Origin: a candidate division FCPU426 bacterium
GTDB taxonomy: Bacteria; Oederibacteriota; Muellerivitia; Muellerivitales; Muellerivitaceae
Direction of reading: 5' to 3'
Length of the DNA: 64,000 nt
NCBI GenBank assembly: GCA_963738405.1
Contig: CAVTWJ010000012.1
Span: 32,001 to 96,000, forward strand
The notes under the pieces were generated by a model. That model saw nothing but the letters and a program-made list of their open reading frames with translations. It was not told where the DNA came from and searched no databases. Within the stretch, counting starts at the first letter, position 1. The number at the start of each line of letters is the position of its first letter. The position numbers and the translations under genes are program-made. Positions 55,311 through 64,000 of this stretch are shown here, piece by piece.

Positions 55311-55799
55311 TCAAAACCCGACGCGCCCTTCCAGCCCGGACCCTGTCTCATTCCTCTGTACAGGTTCCTCCTCCAGCCACCTTTCTTTCACCTTTTGGAG
55401 GGCCGAGCGGAAGTCCTCGAATTCGGGAAGTTTTTTCAGGTACGAGTCGGCCCCCGCTTTGAGGGCCCGGTTGACGTCCTTGAGGGATTGGGAGTTGGTC
55501 AGCACCACGACCGGAATATCCCGCAGCCGCGGATTGGCTTTAATCTCCTTGATCACCTCAAAACCGCTTTTTCCCGGGAGATAGAGATCCAACAGGATCA
55601 GGTCCGGGAGGCGGACGGGCTTGGACCCGCCCTTCCCCCGCAGGTAGTCCATCACCTGATCCCCATTCTTCAAGGGGACGACCTCCACCGGACGTTTTGA
55701 ATTCTTGAAGGCCTCCATCACCAGGGCCGCGTCGGCCGGATTATCCTCGGCCACGATGACTTGGAACAAGCGAGAGAGTGTTTCGAGTACGGGAACCAT
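55311..55799 (-). CDS. Single-domain response regulator (Rcp1-like)
   Basis: AEDNPAD, PDLILLDL.LP, IPVVVLTNS. Confidence 0.88.
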   Translation of the reverse strand: MVPVLETLSRLFQVIVAEDNPADAALVMEAFKNSKRPVEVVPLKNGDQVMDYLRGKGGSKPVRLPDLILLDLYLPGKSGFEVIKEIKANPRLRDIPVVVLTNSQSLKDVNRALKAGADSYLKKLPEFEDFRSALQKVKERWLEEEPVQRNETGSGLEGRVGF

Positions 55800-56165
55800 A
55801 GGTCTCCTTTGAACAACCCAAGGAAGAGGAAAGGAGACGGCGGAGGCGGAACCGGCTTAATTCCCGGATTCGCCTCGGGGTCGGATGGGGGCCGCCGAAG
55901 GAAAGAACCCCACAAAGGGCGGGACGGCTTGAGGACCTTTGTGAAGGCGCGGATGGATTCCGCCTTTATTGGTACATCTATTTTAACTCCCGGTGGATTC
56001 GGAAAATCCTATGTAAAGCACACAATTCGGGGAAATCTATTACCTAGGGGCAAAAAATGCAGTGCAACCGATTTTAGTGATGTGGATAAAAAAAGAGCCG
56101 GGCCAAGCCTTCACACATTGTTCCCCAATTGCCATTGGACTCGAAAATCGCTGAATCAAGCCTTG

Positions 56166-57209
56166 TCATTGGGCCGGTTCGTATTTCACCCAGTCAAACA
56201 TGGCCGAGGCAGGCAGGCTTTGGGGGTCAAAGCTACCCGCCCAGCCGGGGCCCCAGCCGTTGGTTTGGTTGACGACAAAACTACTCACAAACATGTTCAG
56301 GCCCTGATCGGGCAGGTTCCGGGTTTCGGTCCAAACCTGCTTGTCATCGACGTAAAAGTTGATCCGGTCCTTCAGCCACTCGATGGCATAGACGTGGTAA
56401 TCCTGGTCGGAATCAAACCCCAGGTCGATCATCTTGGGCAGTTGGCCCCCATTTTCAATTGTTCCTTCATGGTCGACGTATTTATGCAGGTTCACCTGCA
56501 CTTGGCTGGGATTTTTACCTAAAAACTCAAAATCCAGTTCCTGGTGGTGCCAACCGGCGGCTTTCCAGGGCGACATGAGGAAAAAACAGTTATCCAGCCC
56601 CGGCACCAGGTGGTTTTTCATCCTCGCGCTGAACTTGCCGTAGGTAAAAGCCCGGTAGCTCATCAGACCCCCGGCCAGAACCTTTCGGTTTTGGACAGGC
56701 GGATCCGCCTTTTCCACCAAAATCGTCAGGATCGAGTTCAAGACTGTTACTTGGGAGGGCGCTTCATAGGAATCGGAATCATCCCAGGTGTAGTTTGACT
56801 GGTTCCAGTTTTTCAGATCGATGGTATTGAAATCGTCGAAAAAGGGTTCTTTGCTGAGGGTATCCAAAAGGGACTGGGGTGCGGGTTGCGGCGCCAAAAC
56901 TTCTAAAGCCGCTTTCACCGCGGGGTTGTCCGGGTTTAGTTCCAGGCACTTTTGGTAAGCCAAAACCGCGCCCTGGTTGTTCCCTATTTTCTTCTGGGCG
57001 CTGCCCAATCCTTGGCAAGCCTGCCAGGAGTTCGGGTTTTCCTCAACGACCTTTTGAAAGGCCGTTACCGCCTGGGCATATTGGCCCCGTTGATAGGCCT
57101 GGTAGGCCAACCGGTAATCATCCGCCGAAGGATCATTCGCGGCCTGTAGCTGGGCGGCAGCGGTGAGAAAAAGTAAAACGATAAAAAACATTCTCTTTAA
57201 ATACACCAT
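56166..57209 (-). CDS. Exported TPR + glycoside hydrolase family 16 protein
   Basis: Signal peptide, about 3 TPRs, YGKF.ARMK, ELDFE catalytic motif, YHVYAIEW, FYVD. Confidence 0.85.
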   Translation of the reverse strand: MVYLKRMFFIVLLFLTAAAQLQAANDPSADDYRLAYQAYQRGQYAQAVTAFQKVVEENPNSWQACQGLGSAQKKIGNNQGAVLAYQKCLELNPDNPAVKAALEVLAPQPAPQSLLDTLSKEPFFDDFNTIDLKNWNQSNYTWDDSDSYEAPSQVTVLNSILTILVEKADPPVQNRKVLAGGLMSYRAFTYGKFSARMKNHLVPGLDNCFFLMSPWKAAGWHHQELDFEFLGKNPSQVQVNLHKYVDHEGTIENGGQLPKMIDLGFDSDQDYHVYAIEWLKDRINFYVDDKQVWTETRNLPDQGLNMFVSSFVVNQTNGWGPGWAGSFDPQSLPASAMFDWVKYEPAQ

Positions 57210-57281
57210 TTGTCTTCGCCTTAGGCTTCGGGCTTTAGCAAGCAAAGGCTTGCGTACCGGTAGGATCGCTTGATTTTTATC

Positions 57282-57309
57282 TTGTCCACGGCGGGTCCTC
57301 ACTGTGGAC
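57282..57309. repeat. Hairpin family copy D
   Basis: TTGTCCACGGCGGGTCCTCACTGTGGAC. Confidence 0.7.
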
Positions 57310-57313
57310 CCAT

Positions 57314-58027
57314 TTAAGTTTTACCTAAATAAGTCGGAACAATCGGTTCTTCAACCACTTTTCCCCTTTGCCAACCCACCCTATAGGCCCGGCCTAAGGG
57401 CCTGGAGGAAACAATATGGGCGATCGAACGGCCGATAAAATGAAGGGCCACGCCGTCATCAGCGGCATAGCCATTTTTAATCTTTTTTTCCTTTAAAAGC
57501 CGATGGTAAGAGGGACGCCGATCCTTTTCCCCATCGTAATGCGGACAGTTACTGCCCTTCAGAAAGCCCAGGCATTTCAACGGGGAGAGTTTTCCCGGAA
57601 ACGAATCGGTTACACCTTCTTCGAACCAACAAATAGATCCCGCGCTCACACCGGAAAGAACAATCCCACTTTCCCATGCTTTTTTCATTATTTTGTCCAA
57701 CCCCCACGCCTTCCAAAGCAAAAGAAGATTTCGCGTGTTCCCCCCGCCGACATAGAGGATGTCCTTTCCGAGCACAAAGGATTCAAGGTTTTCTTGCGGC
57801 GCCTTGAATAACGACAAATAGGAAGGTTGACAGTTGTACTTTTTAAAATGGCTCAAGAATCTTTTGATGGAATCCAACGAATCACCGCTTGCGGTTCCGA
57901 CATAACAAATCTTCGGCTTTTTCTTATGCGATTGCCCAAGAATATAAAGATCCAACAATGGATTTTGGGGTTCCATTAAAAAACCGCCGCCGCCCATGCA
58001 AATAATTTGCTTTTTGATTTTTTTCAT
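57314..58027 (-). CDS. pepE: Peptidase E (S51) family
   Basis: MGGGGF, TASGD, YVGGGNT, GVSAG, CPHYDGE. Confidence 0.9.
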   Translation of the reverse strand: MKKIKKQIICMGGGGFLMEPQNPLLDLYILGQSHKKKPKICYVGTASGDSLDSIKRFLSHFKKYNCQPSYLSLFKAPQENLESFVLGKDILYVGGGNTRNLLLLWKAWGLDKIMKKAWESGIVLSGVSAGSICWFEEGVTDSFPGKLSPLKCLGFLKGSNCPHYDGEKDRRPSYHRLLKEKKIKNGYAADDGVALHFIGRSIAHIVSSRPLGRAYRVGWQRGKVVEEPIVPTYLGKT

Positions 58028-58110
58028 ACTCAAGTTTTTCTTTCTCGTTGGAACTTGTTCATTCTTCGCTTTGCAAAGTCGGTTCAGGGACCCGTCATGG
58101 ACAATTTTAT

Positions 58111-58163
58111 AAAAAAAGGCCGGGCAACCTCTTAACATTTTACATTTTGGAGGTTGCCAGGCC
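58111..58163 (-). terminator. Intrinsic terminator downstream of the third brnTA pair
   Basis: On the - strand GGCCTGGCAACCTC-N18-GAGGTTGCCCGGCC-T7. Confidence 0.6.
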
Positions 58164-58295
58164 CCTTGTCGCTGACTCTTAGATTTTGCCCTTTATGTTA
58201 AACCCTTCCAGTTTGTCCATTGCCACCGCACTGAAACGGGGGTTGGGTGCTTCTTTCGTGGACACCTCCCAACTGCCTTAACGAGCATTGGAAAG

Positions 58296-58568
58296 TTACT
58301 TTTTTACAGCAGCACTCAATAAGGCTTCGTTGATGACGGTTTGGTATCCAATGCCTCTTTGACGGCCAATTCTTTTGGCCCATTCTAAGGTTTTTGGATT
58401 AAGGCGGATGGAAACCGGCAAATAGAGCTCATGAGGCTCTTTAGCCGGCCGGCCGCGTGGACGGCGCGGTTTGCCGGTGTGATGTTCGATTGCTAGCCGA
58501 TTCTTCTCCGCTTCCGCGGGAGTTATCCTTTTTGCTTTGTGAAACGGAAATTCATTTGAGTTCTTCAT
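58296..58568 (-). CDS. brnA: BrnA-family antitoxin
   Basis: RGRP...VSIRL.P..LEW....GIGYQT.IN; overlaps brnT. Confidence 0.85.
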   Translation of the reverse strand: MKNSNEFPFHKAKRITPAEAEKNRLAIEHHTGKPRRPRGRPAKEPHELYLPVSIRLNPKTLEWAKRIGRQRGIGYQTVINEALLSAAVKK

Positions 58569-58833
58569 AACGGTTCCTTTCCCGACGGCTTGCCGGCCTT
58601 GCGCTGATGATGCGACAGATCTGGCCTTGTAAGCGCTTGGTGAAAACCACCACCAGAACCTTTCCACCGTCAGCTTCTCCAATCAACCATTCCCTAGATT
58701 CCGCGGTCGAATGTTTTAGGTCAGCTGCCACCAAGGCATATGGATCATCAAAGGCCGTGATAGCTGTTTTGAATGAAACACCGTGTTTCTTTTGGTTCGC
58801 TTCGTCTTTGGCGGGGTTCCAATCAAATCTCAT
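58552..58833 (-). CDS. brnT: BrnT-family toxin
   Basis: FDW.P.K.EAN.KKHGVSF..A...FDDP...HS..E.R...RIISAR.A. Confidence 0.9.
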   Translation of the reverse strand: MRFDWNPAKDEANQKKHGVSFKTAITAFDDPYALVAADLKHSTAESREWLIGEADGGKVLVVVFTKRLQGQICRIISARPASRRERNRYEELK

Positions 58834-58913
58834 ATTATTAGTATATACATTTAATAAAGATCGTCAATCCCACTGCGCCGCAGACCCTTAGTGACTGGAG
58901 AGTTGGTTTTAGC

Positions 58914-59477
58914 CTAGAACTGAACCTTCGGGGCGGCTTGGGCGGCGTCCTGGGCCTTGAAATAGGTATCCACCGTTTTGAACCCGCAGATGGAAGCGAA
59001 AATATTGGAAGGAAAGGTCTGCACCTTCACGTTATATTCCTGAACGGTCTCGTTATAGCGCATGCGTTCCACCGCGATTCGGTTTTCCGTGCCCGCCAGC
59101 TCGTCTTGAAGCTGTAAAAAACCCTGGTTGGCTTTTAAGTCGGGGTAATTTTCAGCGATCACCATCAGGCGGCCGATGGCGCCTTCCAAGTCATTCGAGG
59201 CCGCCACCTTGCCGGCCGTGTCCTTGGCCGCTCCCCACTGGCTGCGCAGGCGGGTGACTTCTTCCAAAACATTCGCTTCATGTTTGGCGTAGCCCTTCAC
59301 CGTTTCCACCAGATTGGGGATCAGGTCGTAGCGCCTTTGAAGCACCGTTTCCACCTGGGCCCACTGGGCGTCGATGGCCACCTTGGAGGAAACCAGGCCG
59401 TTGTAGGTTCCAAAAAGCATTAAAACAATGACGACTCCCGCTCCCAACAAACCCCACATCAAACCTTTGGCTGTCAT
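58914..59477 (-). CDS. lemA: LemA family protein
   Basis: YNGLV, QRRYDLIPNLVETVKGYA.HE, ENYPDLKAN, GTENRIAVER. Confidence 0.95.
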   Translation of the reverse strand: MTAKGLMWGLLGAGVVIVLMLFGTYNGLVSSKVAIDAQWAQVETVLQRRYDLIPNLVETVKGYAKHEANVLEEVTRLRSQWGAAKDTAGKVAASNDLEGAIGRLMVIAENYPDLKANQGFLQLQDELAGTENRIAVERMRYNETVQEYNVKVQTFPSNIFASICGFKTVDTYFKAQDAAQAAPKVQF

Positions 59478-59490
59478 ATAAACCCCTTTG

Positions 59491-60234
59491 TTATTTTTTT
59501 CGGCTTTTAGCCTTGCGGCCCTTTTTGGCTTTCGGCTTGTCCAAACGTTCCGTCAGCGACTGTAGGGCCTCCAGGTAGGCGCCGAATACCTGATTCGCGT
59601 CCCGGCCCTTGGGCTTGGCCCCCCGCTTCACCGAGTCGATTTCCACGAAAGGCCCCTCATCAAAATCGAGATGACCCTTTAATTGTCGTAAGGCGTCCAG
59701 TTTTTTCAAGGCCGGTTTTTCGCCATATAACCACAGGGAATTCTTAAGCAAGACCAGGAAGGTCGAGAGGGATTGAACCATCAATTGCCAAACCTTGTCC
59801 GCCTTGCCCCCGGTGAGAATATAGCGTGTTTTCAATTGAAGCAGTTTGCCCTGAAGCTCGTGTTCCAATTCGATTCGCAAATGGTCCTTGGAAACTTTTT
59901 GGCGGGTAAGGGGGTCTTTGCCCCAAAGCACCCGATGGTTGCCCTGCATGTCGAGGATTTCAATGGGAAAAACACTTACAAAATCGCCCAAGTGTTCCTG
60001 GGTTAAAAAGAGGGGCGGGGGGTTTTTCTGCTTCACCCAGGCTTCCACCGTCCTGGAGAGGCCCAACAGATCCGCCTGGCCCAATGGATGGGTGACCGCC
60101 AGCAGGTTCACGTCCGATTGGCCCTCCGCGTGATCGCCCGCCGCCGCCGAGCCGAAAAGCACCACCGAGAGAAGCTTTGCCCCCAGCAGGGTCTTCAACT
60201 CTTCCGTCATTTTTTCCGCTGTCCATTTGCCCAT
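59491..60234 (-). CDS. Nucleotidyltransferase-domain protein
   Basis: SVVLFGSAAAGD....SDVN; FPIE.LD. Confidence 0.8.
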   Translation of the reverse strand: MGKWTAEKMTEELKTLLGAKLLSVVLFGSAAAGDHAEGQSDVNLLAVTHPLGQADLLGLSRTVEAWVKQKNPPPLFLTQEHLGDFVSVFPIEILDMQGNHRVLWGKDPLTRQKVSKDHLRIELEHELQGKLLQLKTRYILTGGKADKVWQLMVQSLSTFLVLLKNSLWLYGEKPALKKLDALRQLKGHLDFDEGPFVEIDSVKRGAKPKGRDANQVFGAYLEALQSLTERLDKPKAKKGRKAKSRKK

Positions 60235-60364
60235 AGTCTTTTTCCTTTATTCTAAAACTACTATTGAACCGCTAAGACTCCAAACACTTGGCACCGCAGC
60301 CAAGTGTCGATGGCCAAGAAAGGCAATCCCAATATTCTGACTCAACCTTTAAAGTATCGGATTC

Positions 60365-61162
60365 CTACCAACCCCCGCTGGAACCGCCGCCGCCCGACCC
60401 GCCCCCGCCAAAACCGCCGAATCCCCCGCCGCCGCTGCCAAAACCGCCGCCATAAAAGCCCCCACCGCCGTAAAAACCGCCGCCCACGAAGAATATCCTG
60501 GCCAGGATATAAACAAAGATCACGATGAGGACCAGGATCATTTTCCACAGGGGCCAATCCATACCCGTTTGTTCATCGGGAACCTGGTCCTGCGTAATCG
60601 ACCCGCTGAGGGTGACCCCCGCGTCCTGGGCAATGACCAGGGCGATGGCCGAAGCCCCGTTCATCAGGCCCTGCCCGTATTGCCCCTGTTTAAAGAGCGG
60701 TTCCATGTCTTGTCTTCGGATGGTTCCGGTCATCCCGTCGGTCAGGATGCCTTCCTCGCCGTAGCCCACCTCAATGCCATCCTTGCGGTCGTTGATGGCC
60801 ACCAACACCAAAACCCCGTCGTCTTTTTTCTTGTGGCCGATACCCCAGGCCTTGAAGAGCTCTTCCCTGGCCGTGTCGATGTCTTCACCGTTCAGGGAAG
60901 ACACCGTCACCAACGCCACTTGGGCGCCGGTTTTATCTTCTAATTCCGTTAATAGGGCCTCAATTTGCTGGGCTTGATCGGCGGGAACCACCTGGGCGAA
61001 ATCGTTGAGATGCCCTACGGGTGCGGGCCATTGGGTTGCCGCGAATAGGGGCATGGCAAGCCCAAGGAGGGCTAGTGAAAAGATGGTTTTTTTAAACACT
61101 GGGAGAAAATGGAAAATGGCGGGTTCGCCTTCAAGCGATTTGGGCCTACCGAGGCCTGACAT
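60365..61162 (-). CDS. TPM domain protein (YgcG-like)
   Basis: ND.A.V, WGIG...DDGVL, IEVGYG.EG.LTD, Gly-rich tail; start uncertain. Confidence 0.9.
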   Translation of the reverse strand: MSGLGRPKSLEGEPAIFHFLPVFKKTIFSLALLGLAMPLFAATQWPAPVGHLNDFAQVVPADQAQQIEALLTELEDKTGAQVALVTVSSLNGEDIDTAREELFKAWGIGHKKKDDGVLVLVAINDRKDGIEVGYGEEGILTDGMTGTIRRQDMEPLFKQGQYGQGLMNGASAIALVIAQDAGVTLSGSITQDQVPDEQTGMDWPLWKMILVLIVIFVYILARIFFVGGGFYGGGGFYGGGFGSGGGGFGGFGGGGSGGGGSSGGW

Positions 61163-61222
61163 ACCATACGACTTTAGGGGGTATTTTCAACCTGGAATAG
61201 AACCTTTCCAGGGATTTAATCT

Positions 61223-61675
61223 CTAATCGTCCGGGCTGTTCAAGCCGCGAAGCCATATCTCTTCCACGTACCGCATCGATCGAAAGAGTTGGTCCAAATC
61301 GGACGGCTTGATCACGTAATAGTTGGCCCTGGATTCATAGGCCTTTTTTACATCCGCTTCCAGCTTGGAATTGGTCAGGACCACAACCGGTATTTCGCAC
61401 AATTGGAGGTCGGATTTAATTTCATCCAACACTTCCAACCCGGATTTCTTCGGCATGTTTAAATCCAGCAGAATCAGGTCGGGCCGGTGGGCTTTATCAA
61501 ATTTGCCTTGGCGCTTCAGGTATTCCAAGGCCTCCTCCCCGTCTTTTACGCGCGAGATCACAATAGGCTTCTCGGAAACCTTAAAGGCCTCGGTAATGAG
61601 CGTAGCGTCCCCAAGATTGTCCTCCACGAGAAGGACATTGATGGTCGGGTGTAATTGATTGGCTAGCTTATCCAT
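61223..61675 (-). CDS. Single-domain response regulator (Rcp1-like)
   Basis: LLVEDN.GD, PDLILLDLNMP, IPVVVLT.S, KP; GGAGG RBS before ATG 61675. Confidence 0.9.
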   Translation of the reverse strand: MDKLANQLHPTINVLLVEDNLGDATLITEAFKVSEKPIVISRVKDGEEALEYLKRQGKFDKAHRPDLILLDLNMPKKSGLEVLDEIKSDLQLCEIPVVVLTNSKLEADVKKAYESRANYYVIKPSDLDQLFRSMRYVEEIWLRGLNSPDD

Positions 61676-62021
61676 GGTTCCTCCGAAAGGGTCAGTGGTC
61701 GTTAAAAGCTGTCGGTTCAGCGAAGGTCCGGCGGTCATGCCTGGCTTTCACGGGTGAATTAATGATGTATGGTTTCATTCAGCGCAAGCGCTTCAACGCC
61801 TGGAGTAGATCGCAAACTTCCCCTATTTTAAATTTTACCGCTCAAAAAAGCGGGATCGATGAATCTCCTTTAATGAAAATCGATTTTCTATCCGTCTCTA
61901 GGAAAAGGTTTTTCCTTTAAATGTTGGAAAAATATTTCTATCCGTGAACGACCGGATTAATTTAATCGAAATATGTTTTCCACCTTCCCGTTCCCTCAGC
62001 CGGTGAAGGACGGAGGTAAAA

Positions 62022-62489
62022 ATGACTAAGACCCAAAAACCCAAGTCCGAGAACCCCTTTAAAATCCTCATGGTCGAGGACAGCCAAGCCGACATTTTTC
62101 TCATGAAAGAATACCTAAAGGATTTCAACGTTCCCCTCCAAATTTGCGTGGCCCGGGACGGCGAGGAAGCTTTATCGGCCCTGCGGCAATCCTTGTGCTT
62201 TCCTTCCAAGCAAGATCCGGATTTCATTCTCCTGGATCTCAACCTTCCCAAGATGGATGGCCGCGAGGTACTGGCCCAAATCAAGGGCGACCCCGGCCTT
62301 AAACACATCCCCGTCCTGGTCCTGACCAGTTCCACGAACGAACAGGATAGGGCCATGGCTTTACAGAACCACGCCTCCAGCTACCTCCAAAAACCCCTGA
62401 GCCTTGACCTCTACCCCACCGTGGTGAAGAGCATCGAGGAATTCTGCCTTAAAAATATCCCCCCGCGCCTGCGCCCCTCCGAAGGCTGA
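62022..62489 (+). CDS. Single-domain response regulator (Rcp1-like)
   Basis: MVEDSQAD, LLDLNLP.MDG, IPVLVLTSS, KP. Confidence 0.9.
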   Translation: MTKTQKPKSENPFKILMVEDSQADIFLMKEYLKDFNVPLQICVARDGEEALSALRQSLCFPSKQDPDFILLDLNLPKMDGREVLAQIKGDPGLKHIPVLVLTSSTNEQDRAMALQNHASSYLQKPLSLDLYPTVVKSIEEFCLKNIPPRLRPSEG

Positions 62490-62535
62490 TTCCCAACTCC
62501 TTTGGCGTTTCCCGCAAAGAAGGTCGACCCACCGC

Positions 62536-63891
62536 CTAGTTCGTCCTGGGTTTGCCTACCCTTTCCTTTTCAGCGGCCGCTTCCATTTGGGACCCTTTCC
62601 CGGCTTGTCCTGGAAAAGGAATGGTAAAGAAAAAGCAGGACCCTTTCCCCAATTCGGACTCGCACCAAATTTTTCCGCCGTGAAGTTCAACCGTCTTCAG
62701 GCAAACGGCCAGGCCCAATCCCGCCCCCGGATAATCCTCGCGGTTATTGAGCCTCTGAAAAAGCCGGAAAATTTGCTGGAAATAGCGCGGTTCAATGCCG
62801 ATGCCGTTGTCCTTGACCCAAAAGAGCCAATCCGTTTCCCGCTTTTCGGCCCCCACCTCTACCCGTGGCGTGTTTTTTTTGGAAAACTTGAGGGCGTTTC
62901 CGATCAGGTTTTGGAAAAGCTGGCCCAGCAAAAGCGGCTCGCCGTAAACTTCCGGAAGCCACAGGCATTCCACCTTGGCCCCGCTTTCGGTAATAGAAGC
63001 GTTCAATTGCTGGAGGACCTGGCCCACCAGTGCGGGGCAGTCGACCTCCTGGAACTTCTTCTCTTTCAAGGTTACCTGGGAATATTCCAACAGGCCGTTG
63101 ATGAGGCTTCGCATGTGAGCCGAGCTTTTCACCGCGAAATCGATGTATTGTTTGGAATCCGCGTCGAGGTTGCCGCGGTTGTGGTGTTCCAGCATTTGCA
63201 GGAAACTGGTCACCGTGCGCAGGGGTTCCTGGAGGTCGTGGGAGGAGGCGTAGACGAATTGCTCCAGTTCCGCGTTGGCCCGGGTCAGCTGGGCGCCCCG
63301 TTCCTCCAAAGCCGCCGTGCGGTCCTGGACCCGCGCTTCTAAGGTGGCGTTGAATCCCTTTAATTCCTCCTCCGACCGGCGCAGATCCTCCTCGGTCCGT
63401 TTGCGCATCTCATTTTCATTCTTCAGTCTTAGGTTGAGGATTTCGAGTTCATGGGACCTGCGGCTCAGTTCATCGTTGAGGCCGCGGATTTGGGCGTTTT
63501 TGCGGTACAGATCCACCAGGACCGACACCTTGGAGCGAAGCACCGAGGGAACGAAGGGCTTCACCAGGTAATCGATCGCTCCCACGGCGTAGCCTTGGAA
63601 CATCTCGGTTTCGGTTTTTCCCTCGGCCGTCAGGAAAATGATCGGGGTGTAGCGGGTGCGGTCCCGCTGGCGGATCAGGGCCGCGGTCTCAAAACCGTTC
63701 ATCCCCGGCATGAGCACGTCCAAAAGGATGACGGCAAAATCCTCTTGATTCAGATGCCGGAGGGCTTCCACCCCCGAGTGGACCTTGACGAGGTTCTGCC
63801 CCAGACCTTCCAAAACGGCTTCCAGGGCCAAAAGGTTTTTCGGCTCATCGTCCACCAACAGAATATTGGCCCGGCTTTCTTTATCTGCCAT
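62536..63891 (-). CDS. Hybrid histidine kinase (receiver - HisKA - HATPase)
   Basis: LLVDD/LLDV.MP receiver; SHDLQEPLR H-box; NLIGNALKF; DNGIGI; G.GLGL. Confidence 0.93.
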   Translation of the reverse strand: MADKESRANILLVDDEPKNLLALEAVLEGLGQNLVKVHSGVEALRHLNQEDFAVILLDVLMPGMNGFETAALIRQRDRTRYTPIIFLTAEGKTETEMFQGYAVGAIDYLVKPFVPSVLRSKVSVLVDLYRKNAQIRGLNDELSRRSHELEILNLRLKNENEMRKRTEEDLRRSEEELKGFNATLEARVQDRTAALEERGAQLTRANAELEQFVYASSHDLQEPLRTVTSFLQMLEHHNRGNLDADSKQYIDFAVKSSAHMRSLINGLLEYSQVTLKEKKFQEVDCPALVGQVLQQLNASITESGAKVECLWLPEVYGEPLLLGQLFQNLIGNALKFSKKNTPRVEVGAEKRETDWLFWVKDNGIGIEPRYFQQIFRLFQRLNNREDYPGAGLGLAVCLKTVELHGGKIWCESELGKGSCFFFTIPFPGQAGKGSQMEAAAEKERVGKPRTN

Positions 63892-63912
63892 AAGAATCCG
63901 CTCCCCGGATTG

Positions 63913-63999
63913 TTAACGGCTCAGCCACATCCGCATCAAGGACAGGAGCTGTTCGGAGTCCACCGGTTTGGTGATGTAATCCGAAGCGCCCGACTCGAT
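63913..63999 (-). CDS. 3' end of a receiver-domain protein (partial, runs off the window)
   Basis: IESGASDYITKPVDSEQLLSLMRMWLSR*. Confidence 0.8.
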   Translation of the reverse strand: MESGASDYITKPVDSEQLLSLMRMWLSR

Positions 64000-64000
64000 G

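Noticed and set aside
55761..56522. 253-aa + strand ORF
   Set aside because: Overlaps the GH16 and response-regulator genes on the opposite strand; no recognisable features.
62587..63342. 251-aa + strand ORF
   Set aside because: Antisense shadow of the histidine kinase.

Overview
Bacterial chromosomal window. It is from a diderm organism (Omp85 and OMP barrels, lipoproteins); taxonomy cannot be fixed from the sequence alone. 1-10.7 kb is + strand: sppA, a membrane TolB-like propeller protein, a peptidase-MA/propeller/FN3/Omp85 fusion, a hydrolase, an HNH gene, a Xer-type tyrosine recombinase and an aminotransferase. 10.7-19.2 kb is a - strand housekeeping block: degenerate fabD-like, der, plsY, gpsA, HU/IHF, MerR, two tRNA-Pro, acyP, a group-2 sigma70, apt, tRNA-Arg and a TPR protein. 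19.2-58.9 kb is a mosaic accessory region, mostly - strand, with 8 complete TA pairs plus orphans, efflux and redox modules, secreted lipoproteins, gene stubs and many structured intergenic elements. It is followed by lemA/TPM and two-component genes. Main leads: (1) a perfect 15-6-15 dif-like palindrome overlapping the start codon of a lone Xer-like recombinase, close to where gene orientation converges (candidate single-recombinase terminus system); (2) a ParB-HTH-like / transmembrane / PDZ protein preceded by seven ~21-bp-phased TTTCAACGGAAA parS/NBS-like boxes; (3) a MazG-DUF2075-HNH-DUF2075 candidate defence operon; (4) a family of TGTCCACGA...TCGTGGACA hairpins directly after stop codons, delimiting cassette-like units; (5) a 47-bp copy of efflux-gene coding sequence fused to an E1/ThiF-like gene stub. 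All family calls come from motif recognition by eye, not database searches.
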